A DNA stretch of 64,000 nucleotides, taken from assembly GCA_051294905.1 (NCBI GenBank), contig CM119371.1:28894001-28958000 (forward strand). The letters are read 5' to 3'. The stretch comes from Botryllus schlosseri (taxonomy: Eukaryota). The notes beneath the pieces were generated by a model, which saw nothing but the letters and a program-made list of their open reading frames with translations, did no database searches and was not told the DNA's origin. The number at the start of each line of letters is the position of its first letter. Within the stretch, counting starts at the first letter, position 1. A program made the translations under genes and the position numbers. Shown here piece by piece: positions 53,490-64,000 of this stretch.

Positions 53490-55109
53490 TTAATCAGTTT
53501 TGATGGCCCCATGTATCTTCATATGACGGATGAGGGACCTATTACTATTGTACGCTTTCGTGCATGTAACACACTTGTGACTTTTGACATTGGCGTGCAT
53601 ATCCATATGAGCCTCGAGGTTATCCTTTCGACCAAATGCTTTGTCGCATATATCACATTTATGTCTTTCAATACCGGTATGTATTTCCATGTGATTCTTG
53701 AGCACACTGCCTTGAGAAAATCTTTTTCCACAGATCTCACATTCATGGTTCTTTACGCCGGAATGCATTCTCAAATGAGCATCGAGACTATGTTTTGTTA
53801 TAAATGATTTCCCACATATATCACATTCACGATTCTCGACGCCAGCATGAACATCCAAGTGCGTATTGAGGTGATCCTTCCGAATAAATAGTTTCCCACA
53901 TATATCACATTTATAACTTTTGTTGCCCGCATGTAAATCCATGTGTAGCTTGAGCACACTGCTCTCAAGAAATCTTTTTCCACAGATCTCACATTCATGG
54001 TTTTTTATGCCAGAATGCATTCCCAAATGAGTATCGAGGCTATGTTTAGATATATACGATTTCCCACATATATCACATTCATAATTTCTGACGCCAACAT
54101 GTACTTCCAAGTGAGTATTGAGGCAACCCTTCTGAATAAATAGTTTCCCACATATATCACATTTATAATTTTTGATGCCAGCATGTAAATTCATGTGTCG
54201 CTTGAGCGCACTGCTTTGAGAAAACAGTTTTCCACAAATATCACATTCATGGTTTTTGATGCCACAATGCATACCCATATGAAGGTCGAGAGTTCTTTTG
54301 AGTCTGCATGATTTCCCACATATACCACATTCATGATTTTTGATACCAGCATGTACACCCAAGTGAGTCCTGAGGTTATTTCTCTGAATAAATTGTTTCC
54401 CACATATATCACATTCATAATTCTTAATGCCAGCATGCATGTGCATATGACGGCTGAGATCACGCTTATCAGTAAATGCCCTACTACATACATTACATTT
54501 GTGATCTTTGAAGTCAGCATGTCTTTTCAGATGTAGACGGAGGCCGACTCTCTGAGAAAATGCAGTCCCACATATTTCACATTTATGAGATTTGATGCTC
54601 GAATGTATTTCCATATGAACCTTGACGTACGACTTCCAAGCAAAAACTTTCCCACATACATCACATTCATGGTTTTTGACAGCATGAGCATTCACATGAG
54701 TTTTGAGGTCATACTTACTAATATATAGTTTCCCGCATATACCACACTCATGACTTTTTTTGCCAGTATGAGTATTCATATGCTTGTCGAGGGTGCCTTT
54801 GTCAATAAAGGCATACCCACATATCTCACATTTATGATCTTTGTTACCAGCATGCCTATCCAGATGACGATTGAGGTTTCGTTTACGAGCAAAACCATGT
54901 CCACAGATTCCACATTTATGAGTCTTGATATCTGCATGCGTATCCAAATGACGCTTCAAGTCACGTTTCTTGTAAAATGCATCCCCACATATGTCACATT
55001 TACGATTTGGAATGCCAGTATGCATATTCATGTGAATCTTGAGGATACTCTTCCGATGAAATGCTTTTCCACATACATCGCATGCATGATTTTTGACGTC
55101 CGCATTCAT
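53490..55109 (-). CDS. Tandem C2H2 zinc-finger protein, 19 intact fingers (ZF gene 2)
   Basis: ORF track 53490..55196 contains 19 consecutive C2H2 fingers. The track start is GTG; the first ATG is at 55109 (MNADVKNHAC). A splice acceptor (ttttttcag) opens the exon at 55343. Confidence 0.9.
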   Translation of the reverse strand: MNADVKNHACDVCGKAFHRKSILKIHMNMHTGIPNRKCDICGDAFYKKRDLKRHLDTHADIKTHKCGICGHGFARKRNLNRHLDRHAGNKDHKCEICGYAFIDKGTLDKHMNTHTGKKSHECGICGKLYISKYDLKTHVNAHAVKNHECDVCGKVFAWKSYVKVHMEIHSSIKSHKCEICGTAFSQRVGLRLHLKRHADFKDHKCNVCSRAFTDKRDLSRHMHMHAGIKNYECDICGKQFIQRNNLRTHLGVHAGIKNHECGICGKSCRLKRTLDLHMGMHCGIKNHECDICGKLFSQSSALKRHMNLHAGIKNYKCDICGKLFIQKGCLNTHLEVHVGVRNYECDICGKSYISKHSLDTHLGMHSGIKNHECEICGKRFLESSVLKLHMDLHAGNKSYKCDICGKLFIRKDHLNTHLDVHAGVENRECDICGKSFITKHSLDAHLRMHSGVKNHECEICGKRFSQGSVLKNHMEIHTGIERHKCDICDKAFGRKDNLEAHMDMHANVKSHKCVTCTKAYNSNRSLIRHMKIHGAIKTD

Positions 55110-55449
55110 ACCTATATAAAGCTTGAGGTTACTATTCCGGGAAAAACTCTTCGCTGGAAATGTCGGTTTCAAGTTGTGATCAATATCTGACTCCACGGCA
55201 CTCTTTCTGTGGAAATGATCGTAACAGGTCTCACAGAACCCTTATTTATGACAGTTGAATTATAATCCGAATTCAGTTTTTCGACTCTATTCCGCACACA
55301 TAACTTAGCAATCACAATATGACACCATGTTATACGTATGGAACTGAAAAAATAATTTATAGAACAATCCTTATTAGATTGCACACAGCGTAATTGCATT
55401 AACATACTATTGAAAAATTTGTCAAGTAGAAATATTAGGTATTTCAAAT

Positions 55450-55475
55450 AAGAGAGCGAGAGAGAGAGAGAGAAA
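55450..55475 (+). repeat. (GA)n microsatellite
   Basis: agagagcgagagagagagagagaaaga directly visible. Confidence 0.9.
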
Positions 55476-55769
55476 GACGGGGAATTCGGGCTGTTTCCGC
55501 GGAGGGTCTCAAATATTCATCATGCTTCGCACAAAAAAAATCATTGAGTAACCAATGCATTTCCACAGAGGTCGCCCAATAGAAGTCATGCAGCAGTTGC
55601 GTGATTTGTGCACTCAATCGCAGATGTTGACAGTTTCATCACAGTAAAATGAGCCCAGCAAAACGCTTGGAATTTTACTATCTAACATATTTTCAGTTGC
55701 ATTCCTGATCGCATAAAGTGTTAATGAAGTATGTCATAGTAACTACACAACTCTGCACATAGCTTATAA

Positions 55770-57362
55770 CAAGGGTCGGCAACCTACGGCCCGCGGGCCG
55801 GATCCGGCCCGCCAAGCAAAATCGTCCGGCCCGCGATATAATAATTAGTTATCACAAGAATACGACCCGCCGTTTCATAATGAGTTTCAATCTGCAGTGC
55901 AGCACTGCATGAAAAAATGCATTGCAACGATATAATAGTAGCCTACATCGTATTAGTCTATTGTTACGCCATAAAACGAAGGTGGTTGAAGTAGGAGATG
56001 GAGATGGACTAGACTGGATCAGTGCTTATCAATCGGGTGTATCTCGCAACCGAAAGTGTTCCATACTTTTTCAAAGGGTTTACCACTCTAATGGGGTGTG
56101 ACAATAAAGGTGTCCTTCCCTTGCTTAAAAAACGCTTGGAACATCTCAGACGCAATGACGGAATCTCAAACTGTTCAATTAGAGATAACTAGCCTCCGTA
56201 TGTTAGTTAGCCTATCTATGGGTTGATTTTCCAGAAGGCATTGTGTTTGTGTGCCAAGACAACAAACCTGAATAGTGTTTTGGCCACAATGGTGAAAACT
56301 GTTAATATGATTTTTGTCTCTTTAACTGAATCAGTTACGCCAGATATTACTAGATGCAGAGAATCAATATGGCGATGTCATGTAGGCCTATATCTGCCAT
56401 GTTCGCGCATTAAGTCGAGCAGCTATGCTTACACGACTGTATGAACTGAGAAATGAAATAGCAACTTTCCTCGAAAACACAAATATCGCCGACTCCTAAT
56501 CTTGTAATCGAAAATGGTTATCTCTTCTTGCTTTCCTGGTACATTTAACGTACGTCACATCTGAACAAATTGAATTTGCAGCTTCAGGGGGAAAACAACT
56601 AAATACATGAGATGTTGAGGCGCATTCAAAACAAATCTGTGACTCTGGAAATGTCAACAGTACAAAGAAAATTATGCTCACTTTCCTATACCGGAGGATA
56701 GAAAACCTAGTACCAACACTACATTTGCAACTGTGATACGAAATTTACCTACTGAATATTCACCCGCTTTTCCGACATTCCTTCTCTACAAAATGAATTA
56801 TGGCTATTCAGTACTCCATTTAATGTGGACGTTAATACCATTGCCTGAAAATTTCAAATATGCCTTTCTGAAATGCGATGCAGTTGAATTGAATGAAAAA
56901 TTTCATACAAAGAGCATATCGCTGCATGACTTTGACAAAAAGAGTACGTTCTTGAAATTGGTCTTTATCCCAGCTTGACCAACAATGCAAAAGAAATTGC
57001 ATCGATTTTTGGAAGCACGTACGCACGTGAATAATAGTTTTGAACAATGAAGTTCACGAAGAGCAAGCTAAGATCACGTATTTCGGACGTCCATTTTGAA
57101 TATGGTCTGATTCTTGTTTCATCTGACTTGTTACCAGAAGTTGAAAACCGTTCACAAAGCAAGCTGCGTCAATTGTCACATTTATTCTGTGCTCTTGAAG
57201 TGTAAATACATGTGTCTTCTGATTGGTATGATTGAGATTGCAGCAATGTAGGATAATATACCGAAGTGAGCGTAAAATATAGTACTAAGAAAAATGCCGG
57301 CCCGCCAAAAAGTTGTACACCCGAAATTTGGCCCGCGCCTAGCAAAAGGTTGCCGACCCCTG
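55770..57362 (+). mobile_element. Internally deleted Buster/Charlie (GTF2IRD2-like) hAT transposon with transposase pseudogene
   Basis: TIR caagggtcggcaacc...ggttgccgacccctg; TSD gcttataa/ccttataa. Remnants VRALSRAAMLTRLYELRNEIATFLE, KWLSLLAFLV...HLNKLNLQLQG and IFGSTYARE**F*TMKFTKSKLRSRISD lie at ~56220-57180. Confidence 0.9.
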
Positions 57363-58623
57363 CCTTATAATATCAGTTACCTTATAATCTCATTAACTAC
57401 AGGCCTTGCAATAAGGTAGGGCAACACTGTCACATTTTCTGAAAGGGGCACTGGGGTGAAACAAACAATGGTATAGAACCACTGTTCTATATAAGCGGTA
57501 TCAGTTGCATGGGATGTGTAGCGACACTGCTAAGTGCCAACTAGGGGTGTTAAAAAAACTTTTTTTTTTCATATTTCATCAGCTTAGTTGTCAAATCGTC
57601 AGGTTACCAGACAAAAACTTTGCACACCAAATTTGACTCAATTCCAGACAGTAGATGCCGAGGTCAGTCAAATTTAAAGTTCGGTCATTTTTTAAATAAT
57701 AATCCGTACGGTGACCCATTTCGTCACACCGACATGAACAAAAATCTTGTGCCAGGAATGCCTGAAGATGCAGGGATGTCTTTTCCACTTGTTTTGATCT
57801 TTGCAAGGGCCTATGGTGGAGTTTGGATTAAGACATCCGACATCGCCAGTAAACGAAAAAAAGATATGACACGGATTAGCTGGAAATTAATCCACTTCAT
57901 TGAAATAGACACGTTAAAACGATGGTGAGATAATTTTCAAATAGAGCACATAAAATACGAGTAAATATATTTCTCAAATGATAGTCAATATCTATATTAT
58001 TTGTCGGTCCAATGTAAATTTCTTCATGATATGATATTCCATCATTTGCTCTGCAACACTCCTATAGTACTCTCGCAGGGGAATTATAAGACTAAAGGTC
58101 ATCACGACAGATCTTCTTCCTACCAAAAGTTATCATCATCTCTTCATGTCATCCTCCATATTCGGTTAATACCAACTAATTGTATCCATATCTCGTGGTA
58201 AAATATCAATGCTTTTTATTACTTTACAAGGGCGTTCAGGTGATATTGAAAGACTAGAAATGACTAATGTACTTCATAAGCTCAGTGGGTTACCATTTGG
58301 ATTTCCTGAAGCTTGCAAAGTTTCGAGCACATAAAATGTTCTAGTATCAACGCTTCTGTGAAGTACCAGAAATTTGTAAACGCATAGATACTATTCATTG
58401 GCATATCTTTATTTTTGTATGTCCTAGAGGCCGGATTTTGGTTTGTAGAGAAAGCTAGCAATCTTCTGATTCTAATTATTCCAAGTTTATAGGTATGACA
58501 CGAATATTTTTTAATACGATCGATTTTACAAGAGATGGTCTGCAGAAATAAGCTGCGCATGACGCCGCCGAGTCGTCAGTCAACTTTTATGTGTGAATTT
58601 CTTATCTATATACGGCTATTTCA

Positions 58624-59548
58624 CAGTGTTGGGATGACTCGAGTCATGACTTGACTCGAGTCACCTTTTTCGTATGACTTGACTTGACTGGAGTCACTTT
58701 GCTAAAATGACTTGACTCGGCGTATCAGAAATGTGGATTGACTCGTGACTCGGAGCAAAATTCACGAGTCAATTTCAAGCCATCAAGTAAAAATCACCTT
58801 TTCTTGCATCTTGCATCTTGTTCGCCAAACTTTTGTGTAACCCATGAGAGCGACCGATCATTAAATGATTGTGCGTTTTACTGAGCCCCCAATATTCTCC
58901 CACCAAGATATTGTCCACAAACGAAGTGATCGAAGCTACAGCTTGCGTTGTCGTGAACTAGAAGTAAAGTAATTTCATAGCAAAATATATATTTGTGTTC
59001 TCTACTCATACCTTAACCGAACCTCTTGTTTTATTGAAATTGTAATCGAATATAGTTTATATACTCCTCAACCATCGGTGCAGACTCGAATTGTATCATA
59101 TCAATATGTATAAATGGGTAATGTATTGCATTTTCCCAATTCGTTTCTCGATTCTCGATCTTGGCTGGTAACTATAAAATGTGGCTATGCAATTACTTAC
59201 GTAGTTCAACAGTTCTATGTTTATGTGAGCGATACAGCCCCTTATTGCATGTCTATTCAACTCTATATTCGTTAATCGGTTCAGAATCAATGACCAATCA
59301 ATCTGTTATTCAGAGACCTAGCGAAATGCAATGACGTAATCATGCTTCATATTTCTTTGAAGGCAACTTGACTTGAATTTTGACTTGACTCGTGACTTGA
59401 CGTGACTGGAGTCACCTCCAAAAATCGACTGACTTGACTTGACTCGAGTCACCTTCGAAAATCGATTGACTTGACTTGACTCGAGTCAAAATGTGCAATG
59501 ACTCGAAATGACTCGTGACTCGAAGGTAGTGACTTGATCCCAACACTG
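58624..59548. mobile_element. hAT MITE with GACTC/GAGTC subterminal arrays
   Basis: TIR cagtgttgggat...atcccaacactg; perfect TSD ctatttca; related pieces at ~62100-62281, ~10620-10740, ~22784-22950 and 30513-31037. Confidence 0.9.
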
Positions 59549-59828
59549 CTATTTCACAGTTTTTGTACGTAGAACAGATGTCCCATGGCAATATGTGGAC
59601 AGACATCGATCCACTGATTTATTTGAAGCCAAAATTACAAATATACGTCGCACACTTCATGAATACTATACATTACACGACAAGCGGTCGTTGAAGCAAC
59701 TTGTTACGCCGCGCTGGTTTGTTGTTGCACACTAAACAAGTTACGTAAGTAGCTTCGATACAAAGAGTCACAATAGTGCCTATTGTTTATTTCACAATTA
59801 CTCTTTTGCAAGATAGCTGGGCCATCAG

Positions 59829-60802
59829 CAGGCCTGTTTATTTTTGGATACTGGACCGCATTCAACATCTGAATCCATTCGAGGGCCGCACTATATATGA
59901 TTGAGATTATAAACCATAACGCAATATTGGTATTTGATTATATAGTGAGGACCTGGAGACAATAAATGTGCTTTTTTTAAAACAAACCAAACATTGCTTT
60001 GATGACATTGTACACGCGTCAGAAACATAGTAGCGAGATTTCATAGGCTGGTCGACCTCAAAAACCAATTTTTCAAAACTATAGAGATGAAAGAAGGTGT
60101 CTCGATTCTTGGAACAGGATTGAAATTTACTACGCTTTAAAATTGATAACAATTACCGTATGTCATGCAACTTTGCAGTGTGCAGTCATGCCCTGGTCAC
60201 GCGAAGTGCAAAATTTTTTTAAAGGTAATGAATAATTTCTATATTGGGGGTCGGATCTGTATACCACTGGACTGATTTTGCAAGGACATGATTATTCGGC
60301 GTTTAGACATAGCAATATTGACGTTTCGGTGAACATGCCTCTATCATTTGGTGCAAATGTTTTAACGCCGACAATCTTTATGTCAGCGCACAAGCAAGGT
60401 CGCACGTTGGACCACACGTTATCTCCCAATTGCGATTATTGTTGGATTCAATTCAGTAAATAACGCGTATTTTTAATTTTCAGGAAGGGGCTCCAATAGT
60501 AAATGCAAGAAATCTAGTGACAATAAATCATGCGAAGTACTGAGAAAAATTTCAAGTCAAATAAATCTGCTACGAAATATACTACTTTATGGTCATATAA
60601 ATGTGGCTGGCCATTGGTTACGCCAATGTGTCGGAACTGATGTTTTAGTCATCATTAAATTTCGCGGTCAGGCTAATGAAATTTTGGTTTGCCTTGCAAT
60701 TTTACCTGATGATATAAATAATTTCAAGAATTACCTCGCAGGCCACACAAAACTTTGTTTCGGGCAAAATTTGGCGTGCGGGCTACGGGTTGGCCGCCCC
60801 TG
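59829..60802. mobile_element. Non-autonomous hAT element, with a partial relative at 39365-~39990
   Basis: ~60120-60600 aligns by eye with ~39490-39985; termini caggggtgggcaac (39365) and gttggccgcccctg (60802). Confidence 0.7.
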
Positions 60803-60904
60803 ATCTGTATCTTTATTATTATAAGTGATTGATGGTACATAAAAATCCTACTGAAAATCCTTTAAAAGCAATTGTTTTCATGATAAATAAGTTGGAGTCG
60901 GAGT

Positions 60905-61410
60905 TAGGGCTGGGCACAATGATTCGAGTACTCGAATCTGAATCGAGTAATTATTTTAATGATTCGAGTCGAGTAGCAAAAGACGATTTTTTCGAGTAAT
61001 GAAATTATACGCTCCTCGCGACTGAAAGTTATTTTATCAACGAGAGATATTGTTTGGGTGCTATTTTGCGCTGTTGGAGCCTTGTAACCATGATTGGGCA
61101 TATCGCAGCATAAAAAATCAAAGCTACGACCGTTACTGGAAAAACATTTCTGAAGTCATGACCCTCCTACAACATTGTAACCAAGTGCAATGGAATCGGT
61201 AGGGTCGAAGAAATACCAAGGTATCTTCAGATTGCTAGATAGCAGGCATTATATTCTTTGTGGTGGCAGAAAAGGTACATATTGGAACTTTGACATATCA
61301 CATTTTGTGGTGACGTCATAATGATTGATACTCGATTACTCGACTCGACTCGAAGCATATTACGTGATTCAGAATCGAATCACTCAGGTACTCGATTTTG
61401 CCCAGCCCTA
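60905..61410. mobile_element. hAT MITE (TAGGGCTGGGCA family) nested in a GACTCC-repeat element
   Basis: Same TIRs, opposite orientation to 35976-36472; perfect TSD gtcggagt; host GACTCC repeats continue to ~61522. Confidence 0.9.
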
Positions 61411-63261
61411 GTCGGAGTCAGGGTCATTTTCACGAACTCCGACTCCAGTCACTATAGTTTTCAAGAATCCGACTCCATCAGGCAAAAATTAGCCAAACTC
61501 CTACTCCGACTCCGCAGCACTGGGTACAACAAACCTTGAAATCACAACGTTCTCAATGTCTATATTCAATTGCGCATCACAGTCAGATATATTACTCAGT
61601 AATTCGTATTATCAGTGTTGGACACTGCCAATTAAAGAGAGCCGTCTGCGCTACACAGCAGCATGTGATCTCCTGCTGAGTTGGTTTGTCGTTTGTAGGA
61701 GAGCGAAATTAGGTAATTGATTGCTGATTTATCACGTCGACAGAATTCACTTTGAAGAAGGCTTCCTAATTTCTACATAAATAGTATGATGTTATTTTCG
61801 AGAAATGTCATTTTGATGCTGCTTATCACTAGTCTGCAGTTCATATTTGCACAAGACAAGTGATAGCAGCACGATGTTTGAGCTAAATTTGAAATAAAAC
61901 CGGGGGGGGGGGGGTGGGGAGGTCGGTGACAGTGCAGTAATTTCATTTGTTTGCAGTAATTTCATTGGTGACTTACTGACGGAGGCTCAGTAACACCAGA
62001 CGGCGCAATAGATGAATAACTGCTTGCTCTCACAGAGCGTATAGGCGTGTCAAGAACATCTACCTCTACTGGTACAGCGATTTTTTCGACACCGATTACT
62101 TGATCACTTGAAATTGACTCAAAAACTGTTCTTTGAGTCACGAGTCAATTATGATACGCATATGACATAATTGACATATGATACGCCGAGTCAAGTCAAG
62201 TCAATTTGGCAAAGTGACATGAGTGAAGTCAAATCATCTGAAAAAGTCATCAAGTGATGACTTGAGTCGTCCCAACACTAGTGCTAACAAACGGGCAGTC
62301 ACCATGACCAAGCTATCTCCTGAGTAGCCAATTATGCAACTCCATCGCTTTGGACTTCCAATTTTAAAACAATTGTCGTTGACAGCATTGAAAAACACCA
62401 GAACACCGGAACCCCTAGCTACTAACACATGGCTTATACATTCAATTACTTGCGTTCTTGTAACGCTATTTACGGGCTACGTTTGACAGAAAACATCAAG
62501 AAGGTTATTTCGACTCCTTTCCATAGCATTGCTTTCTAGTGGCATTTTGAACGATAAAAACGGTTTATATATGAAAACAAACCTTAATGCAGCAACTAGG
62601 CAGGCTTCTGTCTTGCTCATACGAATGAAAATAAGGCTTCACGAAACCAACAAGACAAGAACATTAGTAGGCTACATCCTGACAAAGTACTGATGGCAAG
62701 CATTATGTAATAATGGTACAAACCTTGCCATCGAAAAATCAATTTGCTCAAAAGAACACCATTCAACAAGTGATCACTACATGACTGTGACAGATGTCAT
62801 GGACAAGATGATACGTGAATTTTTGGTGACAGTTGAAATACCGGACGATACATAAATAGGCAAGGCTACTTGGTAATTTAAAATTGAACCGTCATTTGAA
62901 TAAATATAGGGCCTACACCAGGGCCGGGCAACATACGGCCCACGGGCCGGATCTGGCCTGCTAGGGCATTTTGTCCGGCCCGCGGACAGCTTCCTGTCTT
63001 ACATGATAATGTGGCCCGCAGACGAGCAGTCTGCCGAGATTCCCCACTACTCGATTACTACGTCAAATTTTAGTGACTGTGTGTTAATATATTCATGTGT
63101 GCGAACTGCGCAGCGTGCGAGAGTGGAGCTTCCTGGTAAGTGTGTCGGAACGAGAAGACTTGCATTGTCAGCATTGACTATATACCTAACCCCAATGTTG
63201 TTTGCAGTAATCATGGTGTTTGTCGACTGCAATTGCCATTTACACCAGGCCGATATTTCTT

Positions 63262-63450
63262 ATTTTTGATTCCCTAACCACCAACTGGTAGCACGGCACA
63301 CGTCCAGGCTAAATTAGTACGCCGCTAAATTGGTATGCCGATGAGATGGCGAGGAGGAGCCTAGGTTAGGTGGCACTTCTTGAGTCGGACTCGAACACAC
63401 TACACATTGGGTTTTGTAGCTGTGGATTATACCACTACACTATCTCGCAA
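63262..63450 (-). mobile_element. Probable tRNA-derived SINE
   Basis: Minus strand shows an A-box-like TAGTGTAGTGG and a B-box GTTCGAGTCC at tRNA-like spacing, followed by a non-tRNA body and an A-rich end. Confidence 0.55.
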
Positions 63451-64000
63451 CCTATACTCAACCCTAATGAATTGATATCTTGGTAAATTTGGGGTACCGG
63501 GCTTATCGAACAAATTAAAATCTTAATTAGGGATTGATCCTTGTATTTATTGATCAGAGATAATCAGACATGGTGGGGCATGTATGACAGTCGTTCTCAA
63601 GCTGGGGGGGCGCCAAACCACAGTTAACTGAGAATTTTTTCGTGCTCCGCGCGATTTATCTGAAGCTCATGGTCTTTACGCTATCTATTGTCCTAATTTC
63701 ATCTAAGTTGAGAATTCTCTCATCAATAGCCATAACCATTACTACCATCCAACTATCCGTTGGGATGGTTAGCATTCTGACTCACGTCTTTAATATCTGT
63801 GATATCACGATAAGAGGGCTCGGAATTTTTCACTATCAAAAAGTGGGCGTGTTCAAAAAAGTTGGAGAACCACATGACAATGCTGTTCTCAAATACAGAT
63901 TTTCTTCGTCATGATCGGCGAGAAATTGCTTCTAAATAACACTGCTTCGTTAAAATACTATCATTAAATACGATTTATACCATGTATAATGTATATGTGA

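Noticed and set aside
28431..55196. Assignment of a gene symbol (PRDM9 or a KRAB-ZNF)
   Set aside because: No SET, KRAB, SCAN, BTB or ZAD domain is recognisable; orthology cannot be inferred from fingers alone.
52488..57362. Composite transposon carrying ZF gene 2
   Set aside because: The two elements have different TIRs and separate TSDs; no TSD flanks the whole unit.
63380..63450. Functional tRNA gene
   Set aside because: A and B boxes are present but no acceptor stem or anticodon arm could be paired; treated as a SINE head.
1..64000. Remaining 60-125 aa ORFs in the track
   Set aside because: Lengths expected by chance, many with non-ATG starts or inside MITEs, and no recognisable motifs.

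Overview
Repeat-rich eukaryotic genomic DNA, probably from an invertebrate animal (the taxon cannot be determined here), with no prokaryotic features, rRNA or CRISPR. The core is a birth-and-death cluster of tandem C2H2 zinc-finger genes. Two paralogous minus-strand arrays carry 13 and 19 intact fingers (28431-29552 and 53490-55109). Both use a non-canonical AGIKN-type linker, show no effector domain in the finger exon, and are flanked by decayed fingers. Two decayed plus-strand finger exons lie at about 13.5 kb and 17.9 kb. An unrecognised multi-exon gene family occurs as inverted, partly tandem-duplicated copies (about 0.66-2.3 kb minus and 14.7-17.6 kb plus), the latter directly upstream of a finger exon. 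Also present: a claudin/PMP22-like exon (43.9 kb), an ~800 bp hairpin built from a transposase remnant (11.5-12.3 kb), a 30-bp minisatellite, many non-autonomous hAT elements with 8-bp TSDs (some nested), and probable tRNA-derived SINEs. All alignments were made by eye; no database searches were run.
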